Source of the DNA: Phoronis australis
Lineage: Eukaryota > Animalia > Phoronida
Length of the DNA stretch: 64,000 nt
Direction: 5' to 3'
Assembly (NCBI GenBank): GCA_002633005.1
Contig: NMRA01000002.1
Coordinates: 3,075,181-3,139,180 of the forward strand
The notes beneath the pieces were generated by a model, which was not told the origin of the DNA, did not search any database, and saw nothing but the letters and a program-made list of their open reading frames with translations. The translations under genes were made by a program, and so were the position numbers. Positions 39,781-51,127 of this stretch are shown piece by piece. How positions within the stretch are numbered: position 1 is the stretch's first letter; each line of letters starts with the position of its first letter.

Positions 39781-40278
39781 TCTAATAATTACCTCCAGGA
39801 CGAACACGCCATTAAGAAAATCATAAGGGACAACGTTAAAGTTTGTAAGCCTGATGATTACCTTGATGTTATTATTTATTATCGGAATAGGAAGTCCTCC
39901 AACTTGGTCATGAAAAATAACATTTCTAAAGCGAAAGTCCGCCCCGTTGCACAGTGTAGTGTTGTTTATGAATTTGTATGCCCTATGAATGAATGTCTTC
40001 GTTCAAACGTCAAACAATGTTACATTGGTCAAACGGTTTGCAGTCTTTCCCGTCGGTTATCCATGCATCTTCAAAATGGCGCCATTCAAGATCATTTTCT
40101 GCAATACCACGCACGTAAAATCACCCGTCAAGAAATTGTGGAAAACACGTCAATTCGCTACGTGGAGCAAGATGTGCTGCGTTTGAAAGTATTAGAGTCC
40201 CTTTTAATTGCTTTTGAGAAGCCTATTTTGAATGAGCAGCAAACAGGGTCGCGCCGCACGTTACACTTGTTTGCGTGA
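39781..40278 (+). CDS. C-terminal GIY-YIG endonuclease of a Penelope-like element (5'-truncated, no RT domain present)
   Basis: VVYEFVCP..EC...CYIGQT...LSRRLSMH...AIQDH...H...LKVLESLLI..EKPILNEQ: GIY/YIG, catalytic R, H, E and N motifs in an uninterrupted frame. Confidence 0.88.
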   Translation, partial: SNNYLQDEHAIKKIIRDNVKVCKPDDYLDVIIYYRNRKSSNLVMKNNISKAKVRPVAQCSVVYEFVCPMNECLRSNVKQCYIGQTVCSLSRRLSMHLQNGAIQDHFLQYHARKITRQEIVENTSIRYVEQDVLRLKVLESLLIAFEKPILNEQQTGSRRTLHLFA

Positions 40279-40394
40279 CTTTCCTGTTACCCTAATTCTT
40301 TAGTCATTCTTTGCAGTATTTCACACCCGCCGTGTCTCACTGTGTGTGTCGTCAGCTTATACTCTGTGGTGGCATTACTGCGTCATTTTATCTT

Positions 40395-40432
40395 CACTTG
40401 AGAATGAAACAAGTATGTTTCGAAATATCGTG
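40395..40432 (+). ncRNA. Minimal type I hammerhead ribozyme, U3-A8 core variant
   Basis: cac-UUGAGAA-u-gaaac(aaguau)guuuc-GAAA-ua-UC-gug: stem I cac/gug, 5-bp stem II, palindromic mini stem III AUAU; predicted cleavage after C40429; sits in the PLE pseudo-LTR. Confidence 0.75.
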
Positions 40433-42949
40433 TGTCTTTTTAATTATGTCGCTAGGTCAGTTACTGTATCTATGTTCAGTAGAGAGTAGAGTTTTGTTCA
40501 GAAAGTATGAACGCAACGGAATAAAGACCGTGAAAAATGAAAAGTGTCGTGTATTCAACAAATTCTGTATAACAGAAAACTTGCTCCCGAAGTACAGTCA
40601 TATCAAGAACACGATAAAATTTTATTTGATACAGATAATCAAGGTGAAATATGAAATAACTGTTACACTTTTCGAAAATATCGTTTCATTTTCATTTTAT
40701 GCAACTTGAAAGTTTTTCATAAAACTCCTATAAGTCCTATTTTGATAGCCCCTCATGCAAAAATGGAACATTTAACAGCAATTCCTAAAAGCATTTTGGT
40801 GCTGATTAAGCATAGCCGCTCCTGAAAATTTCCGATATGATGTTCCGAAGTTAGTCAAATTTGGACATTTTCTTAGGGTCCTACATAACCTTAAACCACG
40901 TGTCATCTACATCTACGTCTTCTTTTATCAAAAACACTGACCGTTTGCTCGATTCACCAGTAAAACACGAGTACTTCCGACATATCAATGCATCTAAATT
41001 CCCGTCATTTGGGGTGCGGGAAAATAACACTACCATCGTCTTCTGTTGTCTTATAAACATTCGTTGCTAACTAAAGCAAAGGGATGTTTTTTTCAACAAA
41101 ATTTGAGTCTCGCAGCACTTGCGATTAACGATTTACGGAGAGCGAACGAGGAAACGTGCTTGCGATATATAAAGGCAATGTCATCGACCTCACCATCAGC
41201 TGAACATACAGTGTTAATTCCGTAATAAAATCAGCATAAACAAGCCCAATGTGAAATGAAATCGCCTTCAAAGCGTTTAGCAAATGTTTTCTTCTCTTTA
41301 CTTGTGTCTGAGTGAATTAAACTAACAATCGAATGTGTGAAAGATATGTGGGTGGCTGCACACGTGACTTACGGACACGTGACCTCGCCGAAAACCCTAA
41401 ACTTATATATTCTTATTCCCAACACAAGAAAACCTGGTGGCCAACAACAAAACTTAAAGCTTTCCGGTCGCCTGAAGACAGTTTTCCTCCGATCGTCAGT
41501 TCTGCTATGGCCGGTGTACCAGCGCATCTAATCGTGTCACACCAGTCGTCACATGCAGTACAAAACACGCCATACTAGTAAAAAACACGGTACCTGGAAT
41601 CGTGGATGTACCACTGTGTGTAATAGCATGGGCGGGGCACCATAGAGGGCTGGGGGCCGGGGGGNGCGGTGTACCACAGAGGGACTGGGGGGCTATATCC
41701 CTCCGTGAGGCCACAGGTCCAGTGAAGTTTCTTCGGTATCGCACCAGCTTGCATATTTAGGAATGATTTATTTATTTATTATTTGGAAATCATTATTTAT
41801 CAGCGAACGTCGTTTAGTTCTCCTTCCAACTACCCGAGGACACCATCGTGCGAGTGCGAATTACACTAAACGAAGTGCATGACGTGGTCAGACCAAATTT
41901 GCAGTCAAAGGTCAATGGTTCTATTGTATTGGCTGTAGTGACTATTCTGAGACATTTGATGACACTCGACATTTTTTGCTAAATTTGGACTTGAGAAAAA
42001 CCAGGTCTTGGCATCTACAACAGTCTGTTCAACAGTCTGTTCTACAGGGTATACTAAAGCAGGCCTACTGCAAGGACAGTTTACTGGGCCAAAGACTTCA
42101 AAATCCTTGCACAAAGTCTACTGCAACTGATTCTTCCACAGTGGATTTTCGCGGATCTTTTATGACGAGCAGGTGTGTAGCCGGCTTTTTAAAAATTGAC
42201 AAAAATACACCAAATCGGCGGTTTTCGCCCCAAAGCCATCATTCGGCGCATTACGATCACTACGAACAGTGCATTCAGATTCAGAATTCTACAGATCACA
42301 GAAATCAAGTGAAAAGTGAAGTGGGTATCTACCAGTTAGATTTTTTACAAGCTCAAAGTGTCAGAAAGATATCTGAATTTCCTGCTACATTTCAATTTCC
42401 CGGAGCTTGTAAGCAGTAAAGGTTCAACTGAAGCCACGACTGTGCAAAGTGTGTCAAGGGGTCAACAACTGGTAACCTTTCACTCAAAACAGGCTCATTC
42501 GAGGATCATATGCATCACAAAATTTAAAATGCCTAGCCAACCCAGCAGGTGCCATATTTTAAGGAAAATTGGGGAGCTAAATTCAACTGTGGTCAAAAAA
42601 TATTGAGTACCACCAGGAAGAGATTCCTGGTACCACTTATAGTCTTACTGAGAACAGGATGTAAGCAGCACGCGTGCCAACAGTTTTGAAGAATTTGCTA
42701 GTGTAGACTGGTTGCCGAATTCACCAAAATGTCCCCAGAGTTTGTCAGTGTGAACCGGGCTTTAAACTTGAGCTCCAAAATTGCCGAATTGCCACTACAC
42801 GTACTTTGAGAACCGTTAAGGATTAACATCCTTTTTGTCTTTGTACTCTGGACACGGTGATCAAAAAATCTTACGCCTGGCAGTCTGACCCACACCCGTC
42901 TGCGAGTTTCTCGCGCTTATTATCGAAAGTCGACGATGAATGAACCAGT

Positions 42950-43266
42950 ATAGACCCTATTCACGCCGACAGGAGGCGCGTTCCAAAACGAGGCTCGCTA
43001 CGATAGCTCTGTTAGCTTATCGGCATAGGAGTCTGTGTTTTAGTCCGTGTTGTTCCTCGAACGGCTAGAAAAAATACGGACACGCTTCACAATCTCTAAA
43101 GACGTTTAAATTCGGAAGCGTTGGGTCGTTGCCATACGCCGACGAAGCAAAATATGTCCGTGTAAAATAAATGTTTTCGAAAAGTTAGATCATATTTTGT
43201 CGCGTCTCGGTCAGTTGTCAAGCATCATAGTAACGACCGGAGAATGGGTCAGCCAGGTTGTATTTT
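42950..43266 (+). mobile_element. Non-autonomous DNA transposon end carrying a THAP remnant, copy 2 (runs into gap)
   Basis: atagaccctattcacgccgacaggaggcgcgttccaaaacgagg...; encodes FTISKDV*IRKRWVVAIRR; matches 32807-33112. Confidence 0.75.
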
Positions 43267-44142
43267 NNNNNNNNNNNNNNNNNNNNNNNNNNNNNNNNNN
43301 NNNNNNNNNNNNNNNNNNNNNNNNNNNNNNNNNNNNNNNNNNNNNNNNNNNNNNNNNNNNNNNNNNNNNNNNNNNNNNNNNNNNNNNNNNNNNNNNNNNN
43401 NNNNNNNNNNNNNNNNNNNNNNNNNNNNNNNNNNNNNNNNNNNNNNNNNNNNNNNNNNNNNNNNNNNNNNNNNNNNNNNNNNNNNNNNNNNNNNNNNNNN
43501 NNNNNNNNNNNNNNNNNNNNNNNNNNNNNNNNNNNNNNNNNNNNNNNNNNNNNNNNNNNNNNNNNNNNNNNNNNNNNNNNNNNNNNNNNNNNNNNNNNNN
43601 NNNNNNNNNNNNNNNNNNNNNNNNNNNNNNNNNNNNNNNNNNNNNNNNNNNNNNNNNNNNNNNNNNNNNNNNNNNNNNNNNNNNNNNNNNNNNNNNNNNN
43701 NNNNNNNNNNNNNNNNNNNNNNNNNNNNNNNNNNNNNNNNNNNNNNNNNNNNNNNNNNNNNNNNNNNNNNNNNNNNNNNNNNNNNNNNNNNNNNNNNNNN
43801 NNNNNNNNNNNNNNNNNNNNNNNNNNNNNNNNNNNNNNNNNNNNNNNNNNNNNNNNNNNNNNNNNNNNNNNNNNNNNNNNNNNNNNNNNNNNNNNNNNNN
43901 NNNNNNNNNNNNNNNNNNNNNNNNNNNNNNNNNNNNNNNNNNNNNNNNNNNNNNNNNNNNNNNNNNNNNNNNNNNNNNNNNNNNNNNNNNNNNNNNNNNN
44001 NNNNNNNNNNNNNNNNNNNNNNNNNNNNNNNNNNNNNNNNNNNNNNNNNNNNNNNNNNNNNNNNNNNNNNNNNNNNNNNNNNNNNNNNNNNNNNNNNNNN
44101 NNNNNNNNNNNNNNNNNNNNNNNNNNNNNNNNNNNNNNNNNN

Positions 44143-44748
44143 GCAGAATGGTGAATGTTGGCCAATTCCCCTTTTGTCCACTGACGTCACAAGCATACTG
44201 GCGCCCCCAGTGGAGGCCCTGAGAACTCGTAAATAAACCGAGTTCATGAACCCGGTAGTATCCAGCCTAGGCAAAGGCCGAGCCAAGCTGGCGAACAGAC
44301 TTGTATTTATTGTGGGATGTTGAGTATCGTTTTTTTAAAAACATAATGCATAGTATATAATAATGAATGGTATATAGTATCAATTAATTATGATTGAAAG
44401 ATTCCTTTTTAATCGAGCGTAAACGAGGCTATTTCGCGTGGGGATAAAACTTTGGCTTTGCCGTGTGTAACACAGAAGAACATTTGGATGGTGTTACAGG
44501 ATCGTGAGAATGAATATTCCAATTTTTTTAATTCATTGGAACAATATTAATTTTCTGAGAGGTATGACATGCAACATTATTCAAAAAACACACTAAAACA
44601 TAGTGACTCTGGAAAAATCATAAAAAATACTTTAAACCACAGTCGCCAGCATGCTTGTTTACGAGTTCTCAAGGCCTCCACTGGGGGCGCCAGTATGCTT
44701 GTGACGTCAGTGGACAAAAGGGGAATTGGCCAACATTCACCATTCTGC
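44143..44748. mobile_element. Young TIR element: 91-bp near-perfect inverted arms (left end lost in gap)
   Basis: 44143-44233 is the reverse complement of 44658-44748 with one mismatch; each arm contains tgacgtca. Confidence 0.85.
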
Positions 44749-45168
44749 TGGCGTGCGTGTGTAGACGCGAGAAACTCGCAAAAACGCAAGATCGCGAAGA
44801 CTTCACGAAATATGGGCAAGTATTTCAAGCAAATCACGTGATCACTCTATCTTGCTCAGTGACATTCTTGCGTCTGCAGGAAAATCTGATCCACGATTAT
44901 GGTTAGAAAACGACACTTGACTTTGGGGGCTTTCCTCCCCAGATCCAAGCCGATTCGATTTGGTGCAGACCCTAAACATGTGAAAATTTCTTTTCAATTT
45001 GAATTTTATCCGTATTATCCGACAAACGCGTGTGAACCATATTTACTTTATTTGCGCCCATTTTTTATTTGCTTTTTATTGCATTCAGTCCACTCGGCTC
45101 CCCTTTGTGTGCATTGCGAATATTTTCATCATATGATCAATAATTTTGGAACTTTTGTTACCTTTCAG

Positions 45169-45366
45169 GTATCCTCATACATATCCATGGTGTTTATTGC
45201 AACGTACACGCGATCAGCCGCGGCGACTGTTGCCGCCGGAATAGGACAAGAATTTTTAAAGAGCTACGTCTTGGTGCGAGAAGTTTCCTCTGTAGTGTTC
45301 ATGTTACCAACATATATTTGCATCTATGTGTTAAAACTGTTGACTGAAATACCCCAGTGTTCATAA
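45169..45366 (+). CDS. SLC52A: SLC52-like protein, last coding exon
   Basis: Acceptor cttttgttacctttcag, phase 0, matching the donor at 36000; VSSYISMVFIATYTRSAAATV...LPTYICIYVLKLLTEIPQCS* fits the SLC52 C-terminus (two TMs, SY.K-like TYTR, terminal Cys). Confidence 0.78.
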   Translation, partial: VSSYISMVFIATYTRSAAATVAAGIGQEFLKSYVLVREVSSVVFMLPTYICIYVLKLLTEIPQCS

Positions 45367-48300
45367 GAGCCTTGCTTCATTAAGAATCACTTGTGATTGG
45401 ATAGCGAATTCTTAGTTTTACGACAGTTTTCTGAACACCCACATTCAACCAGTGTCTAAGTTATTATTATTATGTTCTTGAGAAAGAGAAGGACGGACAG
45501 GGCTCTTAAAAGGTATCCAAGTATTTTTCCGCCTCCTTTCCGTCATAAATGTGTATAAAAATATATAATACGGAATGTCTAAGTGCTTTAAACAAAACGT
45601 GTGGTATTTTGCATGTAAGACGGACTGGCCACAAGAAGGCTCCAGAGAACATCGAGATCGTTACTCCGAGGTCTAAATATTGGTTAGTTTTCCACAAATT
45701 TGACAATTTCTTTGTTTTCTTTAGTGTATTTGATTTTATCTTTGATTAAAATGGTGGTTCCACAATGAAATGTTTTTTTTTTCATAAACTGTTGTTTTTA
45801 AGACTTTCCCGAGGCACTAACCAACTTTTTAACAGGTTTGGAAGTCCGTACATTGAAGGTGTAGAAAATAGTACGTGTCACACGTACGTATCACACTCGA
45901 ATTGCACTTCAAATATTAACCTACACGCGTCGAAACTACGATCGCATGAAGACCTTTATCTGCAGAAATAATACGGCAAACATAACTGCATTGAAATCAA
46001 GCCTTTCAAAAGAACTAGCTCACTCGAAGATTCGATGTTTTGCTATTCGTTTGTCAGTCCGCCATTTCCGTTTTTCACCTAGCGATGAAATCCTGAAGTA
46101 AGGCATTCACGTGGTTCATTGGCTGGCATTCGGGTAACTACCAGAGACTGTAGAACGTCTTGGTCACTACTAATTAGAATATGACTTCATTAGATCAAAA
46201 TAAGATGGCAGACGACTTAATTCGTTGTTGTTTCAGAAATGTAAAAAGAAGCGAATGCCGTTTATCGTTCCATAACCTAAAGGAATTTGGTTTGGTTAGT
46301 TCTAGCACACTCAACAAGTAGTTTGCCCCTTACTGTCTTCTGATTTATGTCCATTTCACAAAATTAATTTGTGAAGAATAGTTCGATGGCCCTTCGGCTT
46401 TGTTTGAGCTGAGTATTGGCTAAACTCATAGGTGCATCAAATATTCGCCGCCATTTCATAATTTTCAACTAATGACATCGTTACCCACTTGCAAAACCTA
46501 ACGACAAATTGTTCTAGTCGAACGTAATCCCTTCATTCGTAGTTTCACGAGATGAAACGTGATGCGTGCATTTTCATTGACTTGGGGAAACATCGATCTT
46601 GTCGAATCAGGATTCATTGGCTAAAATATGACCCGGTATTTACTGCAGCAAAAATCGCCTTGGTTTGGTTTCCGCATAGAACTCGAGCCCTGGAATGCCA
46701 ACTGCTGAGGTTGCGTCGCGCGGGCGTGACATTTGCCTGAATTCATTCGCTTCCGTGTTGGTTATTCCTGTGCGATTTACTGTCACTAAAACGTTTCGCA
46801 ACTCCGTTATTTTTCAACCGAATTGCATAAGAGTCATATCATTAGAAAGCCCTTCATCAGTTCTTGATGGTGTACGATTATAGCAGAAGCAAACGCTAAA
46901 TAATTTAATTAAAAAATAATCATCGTTTCGCATACCTGACAGGTTTAAAATTTTTTTTTTAATTCTAAAAACCGAAGGTGTTACCCAAATACGAAAAATA
47001 ATAGGGTGTAACAGTAATGTACCAAAGGAAATAAACCAGAGAGGTTATAAAAATGGTTAATTAAACCAGAAGGGAACTAATTTCAGTGATTCACGGAAGA
47101 TTTCTATCCTATTAAGGCAAAGATTCAGAATATGGAAACCTCGCCGTTGCTGTGAAGAACTTAGCTAGGCATTCATCCAAAATTATACATCTTTATTTAT
47201 TAATTGGACCTTTGGTGCCGTTTGATACCGTTCTTCAGTAAAAATTCAGTATGGGGTGACATTTACAATAATGTGATAATATTAACTAATAAATTCACTC
47301 CAACCACCTATCCGAAATTTGCAGATAAAGGCTTTCTGATAGTTAAAAATGAGCAAACATCTATTGTGTAGGTTTGAAATGTATTGTGCATAGATCATTA
47401 TATAAGTTGGAGAGTCTGGTTTTCCACAATAGTTCGTAAATAAACCCATTTTTTTCAAAAAGTAAAAATTAGTGATCCTGATACATGTAGTGCGTGTTTC
47501 CGTAAACAAGAGATATTGGAACACATTTTTACGATTGTTATGTTACTAAACAAAATGGACTCCGGTAAACAACAATATTCATAACAAAGAGACAAATGAA
47601 CTCCTGTTCCGTTACTGCCAACATTAGCGAATAAAAACGGAACAACTGGATTGAAAAGCGGGATTTCCGGATAAAAGGCGGGGCATCTGGAACTATGCCA
47701 AAACACAAGGGTGAATTGTTCGCCGAAACGTCCCGACAGCGTTTTTTGTCGAACGGGAGATGTTATATCCAAAAGCGTCCGATGGTGTTTTTTGTAAGTC
47801 GAATGGGCAACTGCGGGTGCCTCAAAAAATCACGAAACATCTCGTTTTTCTCTTTTTAGTCGAACAGGAAAATAATGCTATGTCGCGTGAGGAATTACAG
47901 TAATGTGTTTGACAATATGTCAGTGTCATCGTCCGTCAGAAAGGGGGAGGGAAGTTTGATGGTGTGGCGGGATGGCGGGAAAAATTCAAAAAGTGTAATA
48001 GTCCGCCAAGAGCGGGACAAATGGCAAGTACAATGCCAACAACGCAAAGTATTGGATTGGAATTTTTTACAAGATAAACTTTTCATTTTTTAAATTTAAT
48101 TTTACGGGTATAAGTAAATAGGCCTACTACTGATAATACGAATTAACAAAAAGTATCTCGGCATTAGGTAAACATTGCATTTATGAATTATTATAGAAAC
48201 AATTGAAAACAGTCATACTTGATGCAAATACAAACACACGTACTTAGCTACGCAAGTATGAGTCGTTTTTCGAAAGTCACGCAAACACACCTGCTAGTAA

Positions 48301-48787
48301 GGGCTAATTTTTTATTTATAATTGCAGAACAAACTCTCAGAAACCAAATGTTACTTCTTTCAGTAAACTACAGTAAAATGATTTCAACACCCAGAATGTC
48401 TTGTTGAAAAACTCCTAGCATGTAGTTTAATAGAACGTCAAAATGGTTCTAAGACTGGAGATGAAAAGATATCAGAGGCCAGACTATTCGCAGTATCCGG
48501 CCAGGACCACGCGGTCGGTGCATGTAAAGAATGACCAATGTAATTGCCGCTGGATTTGTAAATTAATTTTGCAGGGAAATTGCTGTTTGTTTGGAACCGT
48601 ACCTTAACAGTCTGGCTTGATGAACGAAAATGACAATATGAAAATCATGATGAAGCAGTGAAATTACTAGGCTTGATTTGATAACTTCAACACTTTATCA
48701 AATCTCACAATGTAAACTCTGGCAGCTACTCTCGAGGTCTTAAGTCTATAATAGAATACATTGATCACGTGCCGGAGTTGATATTTT

Positions 48788-48940
48788 AGGTGTTCGTTCA
48801 CTAATGCTAGGACCTACGCTAGGACTTGGCCAAAATCTAGCCGAAGGCACGTGTTCTCATTTAAAATACACGACAGTATCTCACGTAATCTCGTAAAGTA
48901 TTGCTTTTCAGCGAGGTCCTAGCATACTGAGCGGGAGGTA
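48788..48940. mobile_element. ~150-bp MITE family, diverged copy
   Basis: ctaggacctacgctaggacttggccaaaatctagcc...cacgtgttctcatttaaaatacac...aatctcg...aggtcctagc, as in 18703 and 29526 copies. Confidence 0.75.
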
Positions 48941-49299
48941 GGGCTAGAGTTCTATGGTTGTATATGTTCTTGCCGTTATATTCGCAATACGTCACGAAAA
49001 GCCTACTCTCCGTTGTATTCGACGAATTTACACTTCCAAGTCACACTGTTATAGAGGTGTGGCACAAGACATCTAGAATAACAGAAGCCAAAGAATACTC
49101 CAAAATCTTGTTAAAAATTCGAAATCTTCAGCCATCGGAAAAAGCAGAATTGTACTGGGAACTAGTGTTGTCTAAATGTATTCCAAGAATAAGTAAACCT
49201 CACTCTAACTGCCCGGAAACGATGGAATCGGGGATCTTTTCATAATTTTCAGACTTCACTTTTGATGCTCCCCACTGGCACTACGGGAGCTCTAATCCA

Positions 49300-49446
49300 T
49301 AGGCGAGACCCCCCCCCCCTTGGCTGCCGCAAAAAATAAAACAGTAAGAGCGTAAGGAAATGGTGAGTTTATTAATTAACCCCGGTAATTAAAATTATTC
49401 GGATGAAAAAAGATTTAAATGTTTGCAGTTTTAGTGTTGGGGGGGG
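49300..49446 (+). repeat. Dispersed repeat, copy 2 (runs into gap)
   Basis: Matches 190-368. Confidence 0.85.
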
Positions 49447-50420
49447 NNNNNNNNNNNNNNNNNNNNNNNNNNNNNNNNNNNNNNNNNNNNNNNNNNNNNN
49501 NNNNNNNNNNNNNNNNNNNNNNNNNNNNNNNNNNNNNNNNNNNNNNNNNNNNNNNNNNNNNNNNNNNNNNNNNNNNNNNNNNNNNNNNNNNNNNNNNNNN
49601 NNNNNNNNNNNNNNNNNNNNNNNNNNNNNNNNNNNNNNNNNNNNNNNNNNNNNNNNNNNNNNNNNNNNNNNNNNNNNNNNNNNNNNNNNNNNNNNNNNNN
49701 NNNNNNNNNNNNNNNNNNNNNNNNNNNNNNNNNNNNNNNNNNNNNNNNNNNNNNNNNNNNNNNNNNNNNNNNNNNNNNNNNNNNNNNNNNNNNNNNNNNN
49801 NNNNNNNNNNNNNNNNNNNNNNNNNNNNNNNNNNNNNNNNNNNNNNNNNNNNNNNNNNNNNNNNNNNNNNNNNNNNNNNNNNNNNNNNNNNNNNNNNNNN
49901 NNNNNNNNNNNNNNNNNNNNNNNNNNNNNNNNNNNNCTTCCACCACTGCCAATCTTTCTCACTGCGACATTCCATGTTCAAAGTGAGTTCAATTTTTGTT
50001 ACAGGAACCCGGCATAGAAAAAAAATAATTGTTCTCTGTCATCAGCTTTTATCACCAGCGTGTAGACGGAAAAGGTAGGGAGCGGCAAAATGATCTGACA
50101 GCAACTAGAGATTTGTCTTATTTTCAAACCTCATAAAAGGTCATTTCGCTTCGTTTTCAGACAGTGCCAATTTTCGACGACATAAAGAAACTACTTTACT
50201 CAGATATAGGAATCTTTTTGCATTTTAGTTGCCCTGTTACAGTGGGGTTATTTCTCGGCATTTGCCAATGCTGCAAATCCGTACTTTGCCACCATTATGC
50301 CCTCAAGTGAGTTGCCGCTCATTCTGGTGGTGGGACATTCAACCGATTCATACAAAAATGTCCAACGCCTCACTGAATATCATGTTTATAAATGAAAGCA
50401 TGGTACCTTTCGTCCTTCAG

Positions 50421-50522
50421 TGACGTCACGCCCGTCTTGCACACGCCCGTCTTGCACACCCCACTCAAGAATTGCGTCAATCAAAAAAACGTTTTTTCGC
50501 CAGCAGTGCTGAAGAATTGTAG
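50421..50522 (+). promoter_or_regulatory. Putative promoter and non-coding first exon of the GPCAT-like gene
   Basis: Palindromic CRE tgacgtca (50421-50428) overlapping a 15-bp tandem cacgcccgtcttgca x2; candidate donor ag|gtagag at 50523 and acceptor ttttcttag ending 50895, 17 nt before the ATG. Confidence 0.4.
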
Positions 50523-50912
50523 GTAGAGTCACGGTGCATGACAAACGTCGCGCTTAACATCGTGTAACAACACTATGGCAATACAACAAAAATAAAAATG
50601 AAAAAAGTGTTGAGTCCTGTACATTTTAGTATAATAACTGATAAACAGAGTGATTTTTTTACTTTTCTAAAGACAACTCGAAAGTGTATCTGTGACGTAA
50701 ATCGTTAGTCATTAAGCGCCATCGTTTGGGGGGAATTGCAGAACCGGATATACTCTCCGTTCCATAAAAACAAGAAAATTTATAGATAAACATAAGATAG
50801 CTGTGTTGTTACCTTGTAGAGAGGGGTTAAAATGAAACAAAAGTGTGCGAAAGTTGAGTATTTTGCAGCCAGTCTGTAATATTTATTTTTCTTAGACTCT
50901 CTTTTTCGAGTC

Positions 50913-51127
50913 ATGCATAATGGAATACCACACAAAGATGTCGAAAACGGAGATGAGATTGGACTCGCGGACTTGCCTGCAATTTTCCAGCCTACGAGTA
51001 CGAGTAAGATTACGCAGCTACAGGTGCTCGTGCCACAAACAACAGAAGAAACTACAACAGACCCATCTAACCCAGTGTGTGAAACACTGACTCCTCTTGG
51101 ACCACCTGAAAACACAACGATAAAAAG
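50913..51127 (+). CDS. Glycerophosphocholine acyltransferase-like, putative coding exon 1 (low-complexity N-terminus)
   Basis: ATG 50913, MHNGIPHKDVENGDEIG...ENTTIK; weak phase-2 donor ag|gttcac is phase-compatible with the next exon. Confidence 0.55.

Larger units (their letters stand above)
39781..40607 (+). mobile_element. Penelope-like retroelement fragment: 3' ORF end, pseudo-LTR with hammerhead, 5' ORF start
   Basis: GIY-YIG coding region, then hammerhead motif at 40395, then ATG 40446 reading MSLGQLL...RKYER...FNKFCITENLLPKYSHIK (PLE ORF N-terminus-like); atatcaag at both junctions (39773-39780, 40600-40607). Confidence 0.88.

Noticed and set aside
41976-42419. 147-aa + strand ORF inside the SLC52-like intron
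   Set aside because: No family motif; not needed for the SLC52 model, whose two exons join in phase
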